64,000 bases of DNA from Bacteroidia bacterium (GTDB lineage: Bacteria; Bacteroidota; Bacteroidia; AKYH767-A; OLB10): assembly GCA_017995075.1 (NCBI GenBank), contig JAGOJO010000001.1:14668-78667 (forward strand). The letters are read 5' to 3'. The notes beneath the pieces are model-generated. The model made no database searches. It had not been told where the DNA came from and saw only the letters and a list, made by a program, of their open reading frames with translations. The position numbers were made by a program, and so were the translations under genes. This document shows positions 29,547 to 39,236 of the stretch, piece after piece (position 1 is the first letter of the stretch; the number at the start of each line of letters is the position of its first letter).

Positions 29547-29676
29547 CAAAAGGGATCTGAAAAGGTTCCTTTTTTTGTTTGCTACTAAATTGCCGGACAG
29601 CTTTTAAAATTGAAACATAATGGAATCCAAGGTAGTGAGATCAGTATATTAATAACTTGATTTTCATACAATTAAG

Positions 29677-29694
29677 TTGATTATTAACAATCAA
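29677..29694. promoter_or_regulatory. imperfect 18-bp palindrome TTGATTATTAACAATCAA upstream of the TerC gene; candidate operator
   Basis: Read directly from the sequence, about 78 bp upstream of the ATG at 29772. Confidence 0.3.
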
Positions 29695-29771
29695 ATTCAG
29701 GAAGCATAACTCCAAAGTTCACAATTCATAGAACTAAAACTATCTTTGCCCACCAAATATAAAAGTAGCAC

Positions 29772-30506
29772 ATGGAAGCGGAAATAGCGCATATTTTTAC
29801 GGTTGACGGACTCATGGGACTGGTGACTCTGATCATCATGGAAATTGTATTAGGAATTGATAACATCATTTTCATTTCCATACTTGCCGGAAAGCTTCCA
29901 CAAAATCAGCAGGAAAAAGCGAGAAAAATCGGTTTAAGCCTGGCATTACTAATTCGTATCGGATTACTTTTCAGTATTAGCTGGATTGTTAGTTTGAAAG
30001 AGCCTTTCATCACGATTCTTAATCATGGATTTAGCGGCCGCGACATTGTATTACTTGCGGGGGGATTATTTCTGATGGCAAAAAGCACCAGTGAAATTCA
30101 CGCAAAGATCAGCAAGGAAGAACATCTGGAAGGAAGTGGAACAAAGAAACTGACCATGAATGCTGCTATTGCACAAATTGTAGGTTTGGATATTGTATTC
30201 TCCTTTGATTCAATTTTAACGGCAGTAGGTTTAGTTGATCATGTAAGTATCATGATACTCGCGGTTATTGTTTCAATGCTGGTCATGTTAGCAGCTGCTA
30301 AATCGGTATCTGATTTTGTAAACCGTCACCCAACGATTAAGATGTTAGCGTTGTCGTTCCTCTTAATGATCGGCTTTATGTTATCAATTGAAGCCTTCCA
30401 TTACGAAGTACCAAAAGGATACATATATTTTGCGATGGCCTTCTCACTTATTGTTGAACTGCTCAATATGCGAATCCGCAAAAGTGCAGCGAAAGACGAT
30501 CATTAA
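29772..30506 (+). CDS. TerC family integral membrane protein
   Basis: LGIDNIIFISILAGKLP...IVGLDIVFSFDSILTAVG motifs typical of TerC/YjbE/Alx. Confidence 0.75.
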   Translation: MEAEIAHIFTVDGLMGLVTLIIMEIVLGIDNIIFISILAGKLPQNQQEKARKIGLSLALLIRIGLLFSISWIVSLKEPFITILNHGFSGRDIVLLAGGLFLMAKSTSEIHAKISKEEHLEGSGTKKLTMNAAIAQIVGLDIVFSFDSILTAVGLVDHVSIMILAVIVSMLVMLAAAKSVSDFVNRHPTIKMLALSFLLMIGFMLSIEAFHYEVPKGYIYFAMAFSLIVELLNMRIRKSAAKDDH

Positions 30507-30654
30507 GGCTTCGAAGGCTGGATCGGGTGCTCAAAATGCCAGCTTAGGTAAAGTTGAAATCCTTTAAACGCGAGGTAAAAAAGCAATAACAATATAAGGA
30601 CTCTGCACAAAGTACGTGTCCAGCCTTTTAATGTTAGTGGAATGATTGGCAACA

Positions 30655-31149
30655 TCAGCCGGCAATCTGATAACGGTTCAACCAGGTATTTTTAAGAGGA
30701 GAAATAAATCGACTTCTGAAGGCTCCTACATTCTCAATGGTAGTATCATATACCAATGAATCAGCAATCAGTTCACCTGATTGTAACTTTTCTTCGATTG
30801 AAGCCAACCTGAGTTGATGAGGATTGCCATTTGCATCCTTATAAGACACCAGGAGACGATCGAACCATTTTACATTCATGGCCTGTTCACGCCCGCGCAT
30901 AAACTGATTTAATTTATCAATTGAGCAACCGCTGGCACCGGTAATCTTTTCATCGACAGCTACCACAAGAAAAAGCTGATCCACAATTACAACAGCACCA
31001 TGTAAGGCAGACTGATGTGCAGTCCAGTTTTCGACAAAGGACTCAGCTACCCTCTGTAAATCTTCAGCAACTACATCTGATAAACGGGATGACGATTGAA
31101 ATATCCAAAGTCTTGCACTGTCCGGCAATTGATCAAAACTCACTAACAT
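30655..31149 (-). CDS. conserved hypothetical protein
   Basis: 164 aa, soluble. No motif I can assign. Confidence 0.35.
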   Translation of the reverse strand: MLVSFDQLPDSARLWIFQSSSRLSDVVAEDLQRVAESFVENWTAHQSALHGAVVIVDQLFLVVAVDEKITGASGCSIDKLNQFMRGREQAMNVKWFDRLLVSYKDANGNPHQLRLASIEEKLQSGELIADSLVYDTTIENVGAFRSRFISPLKNTWLNRYQIAG

Positions 31150-31216
31150 AAGCTATAATTTGCACTAAAATTACGAATGATTCCTGAATCAGCGGCAATA
31201 AAACATCGAATAAAAA

Positions 31217-31618
31217 TCAGGCGGGTTCCTGCATCAAACGAATTTCTTCCTTTTTCAATGCTACTCTCCAAACCGGGTGACCATCCACATCGACTTTCTG
31301 CAAAGTGATATGTTGTTCTATTTCATTCCCATCCTCTTTAAAATAAACGATAGCAGTTTTACCTTTAATATCTTCTGAAAGGATCGTTATTTTACCTGTT
31401 GATTCCAATGAAGAATCAATTCCATTTAACTTTTCGATTTTTTCAAACTGCTTCAATAACTTCAATGTTTCATCGGTACCATACTTACCGGCTTCTTCAT
31501 ATTGATGAGCCTGCATCGCAGTAAGAAACTTTTCAGCCACCGGACGAGGACCTTCATCCTGCTTACAAGAAATCATTAAAAAAACAGGAATACAGAGAAT
31601 AACCAGTAGCTTTTTCAT
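31217..31618 (-). CDS. hypothetical lipoprotein (DUF4878-like)
   Basis: Lipobox LMISCKQ, 133 aa. Confidence 0.4.
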   Translation of the reverse strand: MKKLLVILCIPVFLMISCKQDEGPRPVAEKFLTAMQAHQYEEAGKYGTDETLKLLKQFEKIEKLNGIDSSLESTGKITILSEDIKGKTAIVYFKEDGNEIEQHITLQKVDVDGHPVWRVALKKEEIRLMQEPA

Positions 31619-32241
31619 TAGTTTTTAAATTTATAGATCAACTGTGCATGATTATTCAAGTACAGATTATCAGGAGCAATGTATACGAAATCACCGGCAT
31701 TGGTAATTGGAAAATAAGAAGGGTCGCCGGTAGAATGAATTAATTTATTCCGGATCCATTCTGAACAATACATTTTAGTATCGTCATCCAGATTAAAATT
31801 CTCATCAAACTGAACACCATTTTGTAAATCCACCATTACTTCAGACTTAACTTTATCGAGTTCAACATCTGAAATATCCAACCGATATACAGCACCGCCT
31901 TTGCATGTTCTATCCGACCAAAAATCGCTTAACTTTTCCATTTTCAACGATCCATCACTGGCTGTTTGCTGAAGATGGACAACGAAATCAGCATCATTCT
32001 TTTTTATAAGAATACCGGCATGGCTGAAAGAAGGGTCTTCCAAACAACAACGACGAAACCAATCACTGATGATTCCATGTCCGGAGCGAAACACCAAATC
32101 ACCTTCCTGCAACTTCACATTTTCAGCAATTACAGTTGAAGGGTAAACACTACCAACACCAGAAACGGTAAAAATCAACACAACATTCACCACAATCACC
32201 GCAACAATAATCAATACAAATCTTGATAAACGTATAGCCAT
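31618..32241 (-). CDS. YiiX/YebB-like permuted papain-fold (NlpC/P60-related) protein
   Basis: N-terminal TM anchor. GDLVFRSGHG...SHAGILIKK...C-containing motifs in the permuted order typical of the DUF830/YiiX family. Confidence 0.45.
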   Translation of the reverse strand: MAIRLSRFVLIIVAVIVVNVVLIFTVSGVGSVYPSTVIAENVKLQEGDLVFRSGHGIISDWFRRCCLEDPSFSHAGILIKKNDADFVVHLQQTASDGSLKMEKLSDFWSDRTCKGGAVYRLDISDVELDKVKSEVMVDLQNGVQFDENFNLDDDTKMYCSEWIRNKLIHSTGDPSYFPITNAGDFVYIAPDNLYLNNHAQLIYKFKN

Positions 32242-32255
32242 ATATTGTTTAATAA

Positions 32256-34085
32256 TTACATTCGTTCAGGGACACCAATTCCTAATAAGTGCAAGGCCCG
32301 TTGAATCAGATCTGCACAGAGTTGACACAACTGCAAACGGAAACGGGTAGTATCTACTGCCGCCGCATCAACAATCGGACATTCGTGATAGAACTGATTA
32401 AATGTCTTTGCCAGTTCATATGTATAGTTGGCCAACACAGCAGGGCTAAACCGATCGGCAGCTTCACCCAACACATATGGATATTTTAACATCCACTTTA
32501 CCAACTCCTTTTCTTTCTCATTCATGCCGGAATATTCACCAGCATTAAATCCGGATATATCTGAAAATTCAGGATACTTCTCTCCTTTCCTAACTACCGA
32601 GCGAATACGTGCATAAGAGTACTGAATGAACGGACCGGTATTTCCATTGAAGTCAATTGACTCCTCCGGGTTAAATAACATTCTCTTCTCCGGATCAACT
32701 TTCAGAATGAAGTACTTTAAGGCACCCAAACCAATCATTTTATAGAGTGCATCTGCCTCAGCTGATTCAAAATCCTCGATCTTCCCTAACTCACGTGTAA
32801 TTGCAGCAGCACCGGAAATCATATCATTCATCAATTCATCAGCATCCACAACAGTCCCTTCCCGTGACTTCATTTTACCACTAGGAAGATCAACCATATT
32901 ATAGGAAAGATGGTATAAATCCTGCCACCAGGAATACCCCATCTTCTTAAGGATCAACTTTAGCACTTTAAAGTGATAGTCTTGTTCATTGCCCACCACA
33001 TATATCAGGCGGCTGAACTTCGTCTGTTCATACCGCAACCGGGCAGTCCCAAGATCCTGAGTGATATATACACTGGTCCCATCACTTCTCAATAAAAGTT
33101 TCTGGTCGAGGCCTTCATCGGTTAAGTCAACCCAAACAGAACCATCCTCTTTTTTGAAAAAAACACCCTTTGCTAATCCATCTGCAACTATCTCTTTACC
33201 AAGAATATACGTCTCAGACTCGTAATAAAACTTATCGAAATCGACGCCTAAAAGTCCGTAAGTAACATCAAATCCATCGTACACCCAGCCATTCATCATC
33301 TTCCAAAGAGCCACAGTATCCGGATCGCCTTCTTCCCAGTTCCTCAACATTTCCTGAGCCGCGAGCATTACCGGTGCCTTTTTCTTTGCATCCTCCTCGC
33401 CCACTCCTGAAGCTTTTAGTTCATCCACCTCAGCCTTGTACATCTTATCGAAAATGACATAGTACTTGCCAACCAGATGATCTCCTTTCAACCCGGCAGA
33501 CTCAGGTGTCTCCCCATTGCCAGCCAATTTCCATGCGAGCATCGATTTGCAGATATGAATACCCCGATCGTTTACCAGGTTTACCTTCATTACCGGGTTA
33601 CCGGTTGCCTTCAAAATCTCAGCTACACTGTATCCCAGGAGAATATTCCTCATATGACCCAGGTGTAACGGCTTATTGGTATTTGGGGAACTGTACTCGA
33701 CCAATACCGGATGTTGAAGTGTGTTTTTGTCTGCCTTATGTTCGAAATAAGTAGTATCGTGGCAAGCCTCTGTGAAGATTCTCAACCAGGCTTCCGGGCG
33801 AACTACCACATTCAAAAAGCCCTTCACTACATTACATGAAGACACCTCAGAAGCATTGGAAACAAGCCAGTCAGAAAGCTCTTTTCCTAACATCTCTGGG
33901 TTTCTGCCTGTCAGTTTTGCCAGGTTAAACGTTACAACTGTCAGGTCACCCACAAAATCCTTCCGGGTAGGCTGAATTGCTACATCACCGGGGTTAACTT
34001 CCACCTTATAGATCTGAAGCAAACCTTTCCGGACAGCTTCACGCAATTCTCTTTCGAACAACATAAGTGCAAAAGTACTTTTCAC
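32256..34085 (-). CDS. argS: arginine--tRNA ligase
   Basis: Class I HIGH motif as PLHLGHMRN, 609 aa, C-terminal DALR anticodon-binding region. Confidence 0.9.
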   Translation of the reverse strand: MKSTFALMLFERELREAVRKGLLQIYKVEVNPGDVAIQPTRKDFVGDLTVVTFNLAKLTGRNPEMLGKELSDWLVSNASEVSSCNVVKGFLNVVVRPEAWLRIFTEACHDTTYFEHKADKNTLQHPVLVEYSSPNTNKPLHLGHMRNILLGYSVAEILKATGNPVMKVNLVNDRGIHICKSMLAWKLAGNGETPESAGLKGDHLVGKYYVIFDKMYKAEVDELKASGVGEEDAKKKAPVMLAAQEMLRNWEEGDPDTVALWKMMNGWVYDGFDVTYGLLGVDFDKFYYESETYILGKEIVADGLAKGVFFKKEDGSVWVDLTDEGLDQKLLLRSDGTSVYITQDLGTARLRYEQTKFSRLIYVVGNEQDYHFKVLKLILKKMGYSWWQDLYHLSYNMVDLPSGKMKSREGTVVDADELMNDMISGAAAITRELGKIEDFESAEADALYKMIGLGALKYFILKVDPEKRMLFNPEESIDFNGNTGPFIQYSYARIRSVVRKGEKYPEFSDISGFNAGEYSGMNEKEKELVKWMLKYPYVLGEAADRFSPAVLANYTYELAKTFNQFYHECPIVDAAAVDTTRFRLQLCQLCADLIQRALHLLGIGVPERM

Positions 34086-34164
34086 CTACTACAAAAACTG
34101 GCAAATGGATAAAAAAAATCCCCGTCTTTTCGACAGGGATTTGTGTATTCCGTAACCGATGAAA

Positions 34165-35109
34165 TCAGGCTATTTGCGCCACAACACGCTGCAGGATTTC
34201 AAAGGTATTTTCAGCCATCAGATTTTCTTTATCGAGTGTTGGATTCACCTCGGCGATTTCAAAACAGCACACTTTTTCGTTCTGTATCAAACGCACACAA
34301 AGTGAACCAGCTTCCTTTTCGGTGATACCATTTCGTACAGGCGTCCCGGTCCCCTTAGAGATGGAACTATCCATACTATCCACATCAAAAGAAACATAGA
34401 TATACTGACAGTTATTCAGGTAAGCCAAGGCATCCCGCGCAATTTTTTCTACTCCGTGCCGCTTCACATCATTCGTAGTAAACGCCTTGATCTTATTTTT
34501 TTTCATCAGGTAAGTCTCTTCCGGCTCTACGTCACGCACACCAATATAAACAAGGTCACTATAATTAATCTTCGGAGAAATTCCGCCGATTTTTTTCAGC
34601 TTATTCCAGAGATCGACCGTTTCCTTATCTGGCTTATTCATTTTGTTCGCGATATTATCCTCTCCAAGTGTAGCAGCCAATGGCATACCGTGAACATTAC
34701 CGGTTGGAGTGGTATAAGGTGAATGGAGATCGGCGTGAGCATCAATCCAGATAACACCTAAACGAGCCTTGGGATTAGCCATTTTAATACCTGCAATTGT
34801 TCCTCCGGCAGTACTATGGTCACCCGCCAAAATAATCGGGAACTCCTTGGCTTTCAATACATCAGCTACGGTTTTGCTGAGACGGTCATAAATCCCTACA
34901 ATTCCCCGGATCCGCTTTGCATACGTACTTCCATGCGTCTCAAATAACAGATTGTTCTCCACCGGAACTTCAATTGAGTGCAGTTTGTTGAACAAGTTAG
35001 AGCCATAATCCAGGGCTGCAATTTTAATAGCATCCGGACCCAGGCTTGCTCCCCTTGTTCCTGCTCCAATCTCCGACTTAACTTCAATTAGCTTAATCTT
35101 CTTTACCAT
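34165..35109 (-). CDS. speB: arginase-family hydrolase, probable agmatinase (probable start MVKKIKLIEV)
   Basis: Arginase-family Mn-binding motifs (DAHADL, SFDVDSMD). Sits divergent from an arginine decarboxylase gene. Confidence 0.6.
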   Translation of the reverse strand: MVKKIKLIEVKSEIGAGTRGASLGPDAIKIAALDYGSNLFNKLHSIEVPVENNLLFETHGSTYAKRIRGIVGIYDRLSKTVADVLKAKEFPIILAGDHSTAGGTIAGIKMANPKARLGVIWIDAHADLHSPYTTPTGNVHGMPLAATLGEDNIANKMNKPDKETVDLWNKLKKIGGISPKINYSDLVYIGVRDVEPEETYLMKKNKIKAFTTNDVKRHGVEKIARDALAYLNNCQYIYVSFDVDSMDSSISKGTGTPVRNGITEKEAGSLCVRLIQNEKVCCFEIAEVNPTLDKENLMAENTFEILQRVVAQIA

Positions 35110-35254
35110 AATCCTTATCTTTTTAAACTGATACCAGTCGGCACCAGCCAAATCTTTACTTTATTCTTCACCTAAATTAACACTTTGGTCCTTTTTTTGT
35201 TAATCCGGGTTACTTACATTCGCATTCAAATTAACAAGTAACTCACTTACATTA

Positions 35255-36646
35255 ATGAAGAACAGGTACATTGACCTTATTGAGCAGACCTTTGAGTTCC
35301 CTCAAGAAGGGTTTGAAGTAATTGATAATCAATTACATTTCAATGAAATTCCTCTAATGGATATCATTGAACAATATGGAACGCCCTTAAAAATCACCTA
35401 TCTCCCGAAGATCAGCTCACAGATTCAAAAGGCGAAACGCTTGTTCAACGTAGCCATGGCAAAAGCCGACTACGAAGGTAACTATTTATATTGCTACTGT
35501 ACGAAAAGTTCCCACTTTGAGTTCGTTTTAAATGAAGCTTTAAAAAACGACATCCACCTGGAGACCAGTTCTGCATTTGACTTGCCCATTATTAAAGAAC
35601 TCGCAAAAACGGATCGCATTCACAAAGACAATATTATTTTATGTAATGGATTCAAGAGAGATAATTATATAGAAGGGATTGCTGATCTCTTAGGAGATGG
35701 ATTCAAAAATGTAATTCCTATTCTCGATAACAAAGAAGAACTAAATGATTTGCAAGAGGGCTGGAAAGGAGAACTGCAGATAGGATTACGTATTGCCGCG
35801 GAAGAAGAACCAAACGCGGAGTTCTACACCTCACGTTTGGGCATCCGCTACAATGAGATTATCGACTTCTATAAAAATGTAATTGCCAATAATAAGAACG
35901 TTAAATTAAAACTCCTGCATTTCTTTATCAATACAGGTGTAAAAGATACTGCGTATTACTGGAGTGAATTACAGAAGAACATCAACCTCTACTGTGAATT
36001 AAAAAAATTCTGTCCGGATCTGGAATACCTCGACATTGGCGGAGGATTTCCAATTCGCACCAAGTTGGACTTCAACTACGACTATCAATACATGGCGGAT
36101 GAAATTATTCGTCAGATCAAATCAGCCTGTGAACAACGTGATGTGCCGGAACCAAATATCATCACAGAATTTGGCTCGTTTACAGTTGGAGAAAGCGGCG
36201 CTGTACTTTTCAGCGTCGTAGGACATAAGCAACAAAACGACAATGAACTCTGGAACATGATTGATAGTTCCTTCATCACTACATTACCGGATACATGGGG
36301 ATTAAAACAGAAGTTCATATTACTGGCCATTAACAATTGGGACGATGAGTATCAACGTGTCAATCTTGGTGGAATCACCTGCGACTCGGACGACTACTAT
36401 ATCATGGAATCGATCCGCAACCGCGTATTCCTTCCTAAACCGGCACCGGGAGAAACGCAATACCTGGGATTCTTCCACACAGGAGCATATCAGGAAAGTA
36501 TCGGTGGTTATGGTGGCATTCAACATTGCCTCATTCCTGCACCAAAGCACGTATTGATTGACAAGGATGAAGATGGAAAAATCACCACACGTTTATTTGC
36601 CAAAGAGCAAAGTGCAAAAAATATGATGAAAATTCTGGGCTATTAA
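35255..36646 (+). CDS. speA: arginine decarboxylase (PLP-dependent Orn/DAP/Arg decarboxylase fold, Bacteroidetes SpeA type)
   Basis: 463 aa with TIM-barrel PLP motifs (YCTKSS...; GGGFPI) and a C-terminal beta-domain. Confidence 0.65.
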   Translation: MKNRYIDLIEQTFEFPQEGFEVIDNQLHFNEIPLMDIIEQYGTPLKITYLPKISSQIQKAKRLFNVAMAKADYEGNYLYCYCTKSSHFEFVLNEALKNDIHLETSSAFDLPIIKELAKTDRIHKDNIILCNGFKRDNYIEGIADLLGDGFKNVIPILDNKEELNDLQEGWKGELQIGLRIAAEEEPNAEFYTSRLGIRYNEIIDFYKNVIANNKNVKLKLLHFFINTGVKDTAYYWSELQKNINLYCELKKFCPDLEYLDIGGGFPIRTKLDFNYDYQYMADEIIRQIKSACEQRDVPEPNIITEFGSFTVGESGAVLFSVVGHKQQNDNELWNMIDSSFITTLPDTWGLKQKFILLAINNWDDEYQRVNLGGITCDSDDYYIMESIRNRVFLPKPAPGETQYLGFFHTGAYQESIGGYGGIQHCLIPAPKHVLIDKDEDGKITTRLFAKEQSAKNMMKILGY

Positions 36647-36669
36647 TCTCCCGTTACCAAATAAATCAG

Positions 36670-36710
36670 CAGAGGCGGTCCCGTATGTGGAGATCGCCTC
36701 TGTTATTTTA
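36670..36710. terminator. rho-independent terminator between convergent genes
   Basis: CAGAGGCG-gtcccgtatgtggagat-CGCCTCTG followed by TTATTTTA. Confidence 0.6.
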
Positions 36711-36736
36711 TAGAATTCTTAAATGATTTTATATTT

Positions 36737-37996
36737 TCATGATCGCCCGGTAACCTGTCCAACCGCATTGATAGAGACAGATTCCGATGCAGCAATTTCC
36801 TCTTTTACACTTCCGCTTCCACCGCTCTTCACTACCATAAACTTCTCCTTCCATTTCAGGAACCAGGTTTCATAGTACGTATAACTCAACCATGAAACCA
36901 AAATGGTTAATCCGGTAGCCAGTGTATACATTAAAATATTAAACAGAAGTGGAGAAGACTGCAAATCAAACTTCGCAAAAACTGTAAACAGTATTGCGAT
37001 GATAATCGTATGGTACATATAAATACCATAGGAAATATTTCCTAACGTATTAAATGCAGGGTGACGCATCTTCACCGGATAAGATTTATTCGTAGAAACA
37101 TTTATAATCACAAGAAGGAATATCAAAGCCTCCAGCAATGTATCTCCCTGAAATTTATATTCAATAAAGAACAGTGATAAAAACAGAAACATCGTCACCG
37201 TATTGGTTACAGGATGATAAAAGAAACTCATCGCCTTTTCTTTCTTGTGATAAAGATACCATGCTCCGAGTGCTCCTACTGCCATTTGTTCAATTTTAAA
37301 CAGATTCCAGTACAACACAAACTTATTGCAAATCGTCTGCAAAGTTCCGGCAGGAAGGTTTGTTGCAATTAATCCCATTGTCACAGAAACTAACAGTTTC
37401 CCGACAATTAAAATCAAGAGCATCCTGACAAACCGTTTACGGAAAGTACGAACCAACCAGGGCCATATAAGATAGAACTGCTCCTCTACCCCTACGCTCC
37501 AGGTTTGACTGCCACCAACTACTTCTACACTATTATAGCGGACTAAATTTGGCAACATAAAGAAGGATAAACCAAACCAAATCCAGAAATGATGCGATAG
37601 AAGATGTTGCCCGTTACCACCAATATCAAAGAAATGCGGGACAATAAAGAATGCAATTGCAATTACCAGATAATAGACGGGCCAAATACGAAGTATCCTT
37701 CGAACATAGAATTTTTTTAACGCAACCGTACCTGTTTTGGTCGTTTCAGCCAATAATAAATACGTGATCAGAAATCCACTTAGCACAAAGAAAAAGCTAA
37801 CGGCTTTATGTCCGAAAGCCTGAATAATGGTACTGAGGAGTCCATCACCAGTAAATGCCGAGGCGTAATATGTCCCATTAACAGAGGCCCATAATTTATA
37901 CTGTTCGATATGATGAAAAATAACGGCAGTAGCCGCAAAGAACCGAAGACCATTGAGGCCTCCGAAATAAATTTTGTCGTTGGGGGTCTGACTCAT
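36737..37996 (-). CDS. acyltransferase family 3 (OafA-like) membrane acyltransferase. Probable start MSQTPNDKIYF; the longest ORF runs to 38101.
   Basis: GLNGLRFFAATAVIFHH motif (acyltransferase_3 His) and about 10 TM helices. Confidence 0.7.
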   Translation of the reverse strand: MSQTPNDKIYFGGLNGLRFFAATAVIFHHIEQYKLWASVNGTYYASAFTGDGLLSTIIQAFGHKAVSFFFVLSGFLITYLLLAETTKTGTVALKKFYVRRILRIWPVYYLVIAIAFFIVPHFFDIGGNGQHLLSHHFWIWFGLSFFMLPNLVRYNSVEVVGGSQTWSVGVEEQFYLIWPWLVRTFRKRFVRMLLILIVGKLLVSVTMGLIATNLPAGTLQTICNKFVLYWNLFKIEQMAVGALGAWYLYHKKEKAMSFFYHPVTNTVTMFLFLSLFFIEYKFQGDTLLEALIFLLVIINVSTNKSYPVKMRHPAFNTLGNISYGIYMYHTIIIAILFTVFAKFDLQSSPLLFNILMYTLATGLTILVSWLSYTYYETWFLKWKEKFMVVKSGGSGSVKEEIAASESVSINAVGQVTGRS

Positions 37997-38173
37997 ACAA
38001 TTGGTTATACGCCAATGACATCCAAGGGTTTCGGTCAGACCTGCTTTGCGGCCCTTCAAAAAGTGGTATATTATCCAGAAGGTCAATGAATTACTACCCA
38101 TCCCCTACAATCCAACTGATCGATTACTTAAAACACCTGCGAACCCCGGATTCTGATCGGCCGGCCGTAAACA

Positions 38174-38209
38174 GAACGAGGCTATCTTTTCTCTAAGACA
38201 GCCTCGTTC
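38174..38209. terminator. long perfect hairpin (10-14 bp stem) downstream of the 38226 - gene; probable terminator
   Basis: GAACGAGGCT...AGCCTCGTTC inverted repeat. Confidence 0.5.
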
Positions 38210-38225
38210 ATTGGTGTAAACCTTT

Positions 38226-38624
38226 TTATTTTGCCTTGCGGAAAAGGAAACGGGTCATATAAATACCCTGACCTTTACCTTCTGAAGGACTTTGAACACC
38301 GGTAGTCACTGCAAACAACTCCCAGCCTTCCTTTGTATATTCATTCACTTTATCAACGATCAGCTTATCATTATTGGCGATATTACCAAAATTGATACCC
38401 ACCATACTATAAAGGTTCATCAATTCCTTCTCGATAGCAGAACCATCAGCAGAGGTTGAAACGATACGGGAACGCCCTAATCCACCTGGTACTATAGACT
38501 CCACGGTAGAAAACTGACGATACTCATATTCAACTGGTGCAGGAGCCGGACGGAATGCTAGGAACAGAATGACACCGGCTGTCATTAAGATCGATGGAAT
38601 TAAAACCTGAATTTTGTTTTTCAT
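38226..38624 (-). CDS. hypothetical membrane-anchored protein (DUF4177-like C-terminus)
   Basis: N-terminal TM. C-terminus ...NEYTKEGWELFAVT... resembles DUF4177. Confidence 0.35.
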   Translation of the reverse strand: MKNKIQVLIPSILMTAGVILFLAFRPAPAPVEYEYRQFSTVESIVPGGLGRSRIVSTSADGSAIEKELMNLYSMVGINFGNIANNDKLIVDKVNEYTKEGWELFAVTTGVQSPSEGKGQGIYMTRFLFRKAK

Positions 38625-38724
38625 AGATGATATGATTTAAGCGATTATTTTCCAAATTTGCAGAATCTGGCATACAATATGCATGCCAGCAGATTCCGCA
38701 GAACAAAAATATAAATCCTATAAT

Positions 38725-39180
38725 ATGTCAACTCATAAATTTCTTTCAATTGTTGTATTCTTATTCCTGAGTGTAGTAACGCTGTCCTCAAACGCACAAC
38801 AACCGGTCATGAATGTAAGCGAGATGATCGTCACTATCGGGAAAGATGAATTCAAAGGACCTGATTTCAATATACATTTCAATTATGGTAGTTGGAGCCC
38901 CAGCCAGACCTTATACAATAACGAAGGTCTTGTCATTACTGCTTCATTTAAACTTGCAACCAACAGTACAGCCAGGAGTGAAGTAAAGAACTCCAGTCTT
39001 AGAATTTTAGTAAAATATACTGCGATGTACATGGGAGAAAAGCGCGAAAAAACCACGGAGCAAATCAAGTATCTGGATGCCGAAAGAAAGTTCAGCACCG
39101 GTGAATCTTTTAGCTTCAAACCAACCAAGTATGATATTCGTATTGTGAAAATAAACTTCAAAGGCGAACTAACGCAATAA
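38725..39180 (+). CDS. hypothetical secreted protein (probable start MSTHKFLSIVVF; the longest ORF runs from 38683)
   Basis: Signal peptide ending SSNAQQ. No domain recognised. Confidence 0.4.
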   Translation: MSTHKFLSIVVFLFLSVVTLSSNAQQPVMNVSEMIVTIGKDEFKGPDFNIHFNYGSWSPSQTLYNNEGLVITASFKLATNSTARSEVKNSSLRILVKYTAMYMGEKREKTTEQIKYLDAERKFSTGESFSFKPTKYDIRIVKINFKGELTQ

Positions 39181-39198
39181 GATTAAACGATAAAATTG

Positions 39199-39236
39199 AA
39201 GCTGCATCGTAATAACGTTGCAGCTTTTTTATTTTC
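39199..39236. terminator. bidirectional rho-independent terminator
   Basis: AAGCTGCA-tcgtaataacgt-TGCAGCTT with a T-run on the + side. The stop codon of the - gene 39229-39669 lies inside the T-run. Confidence 0.6.

Noticed and set aside
29547-29771. Possible yybP-ykoY (Mn) riboswitch upstream of the TerC gene
   Set aside because: The region is AT-rich and lacks the conserved GGGGAGUAG / UUGUCA-type boxes and GC-rich paired elements expected for this riboswitch.
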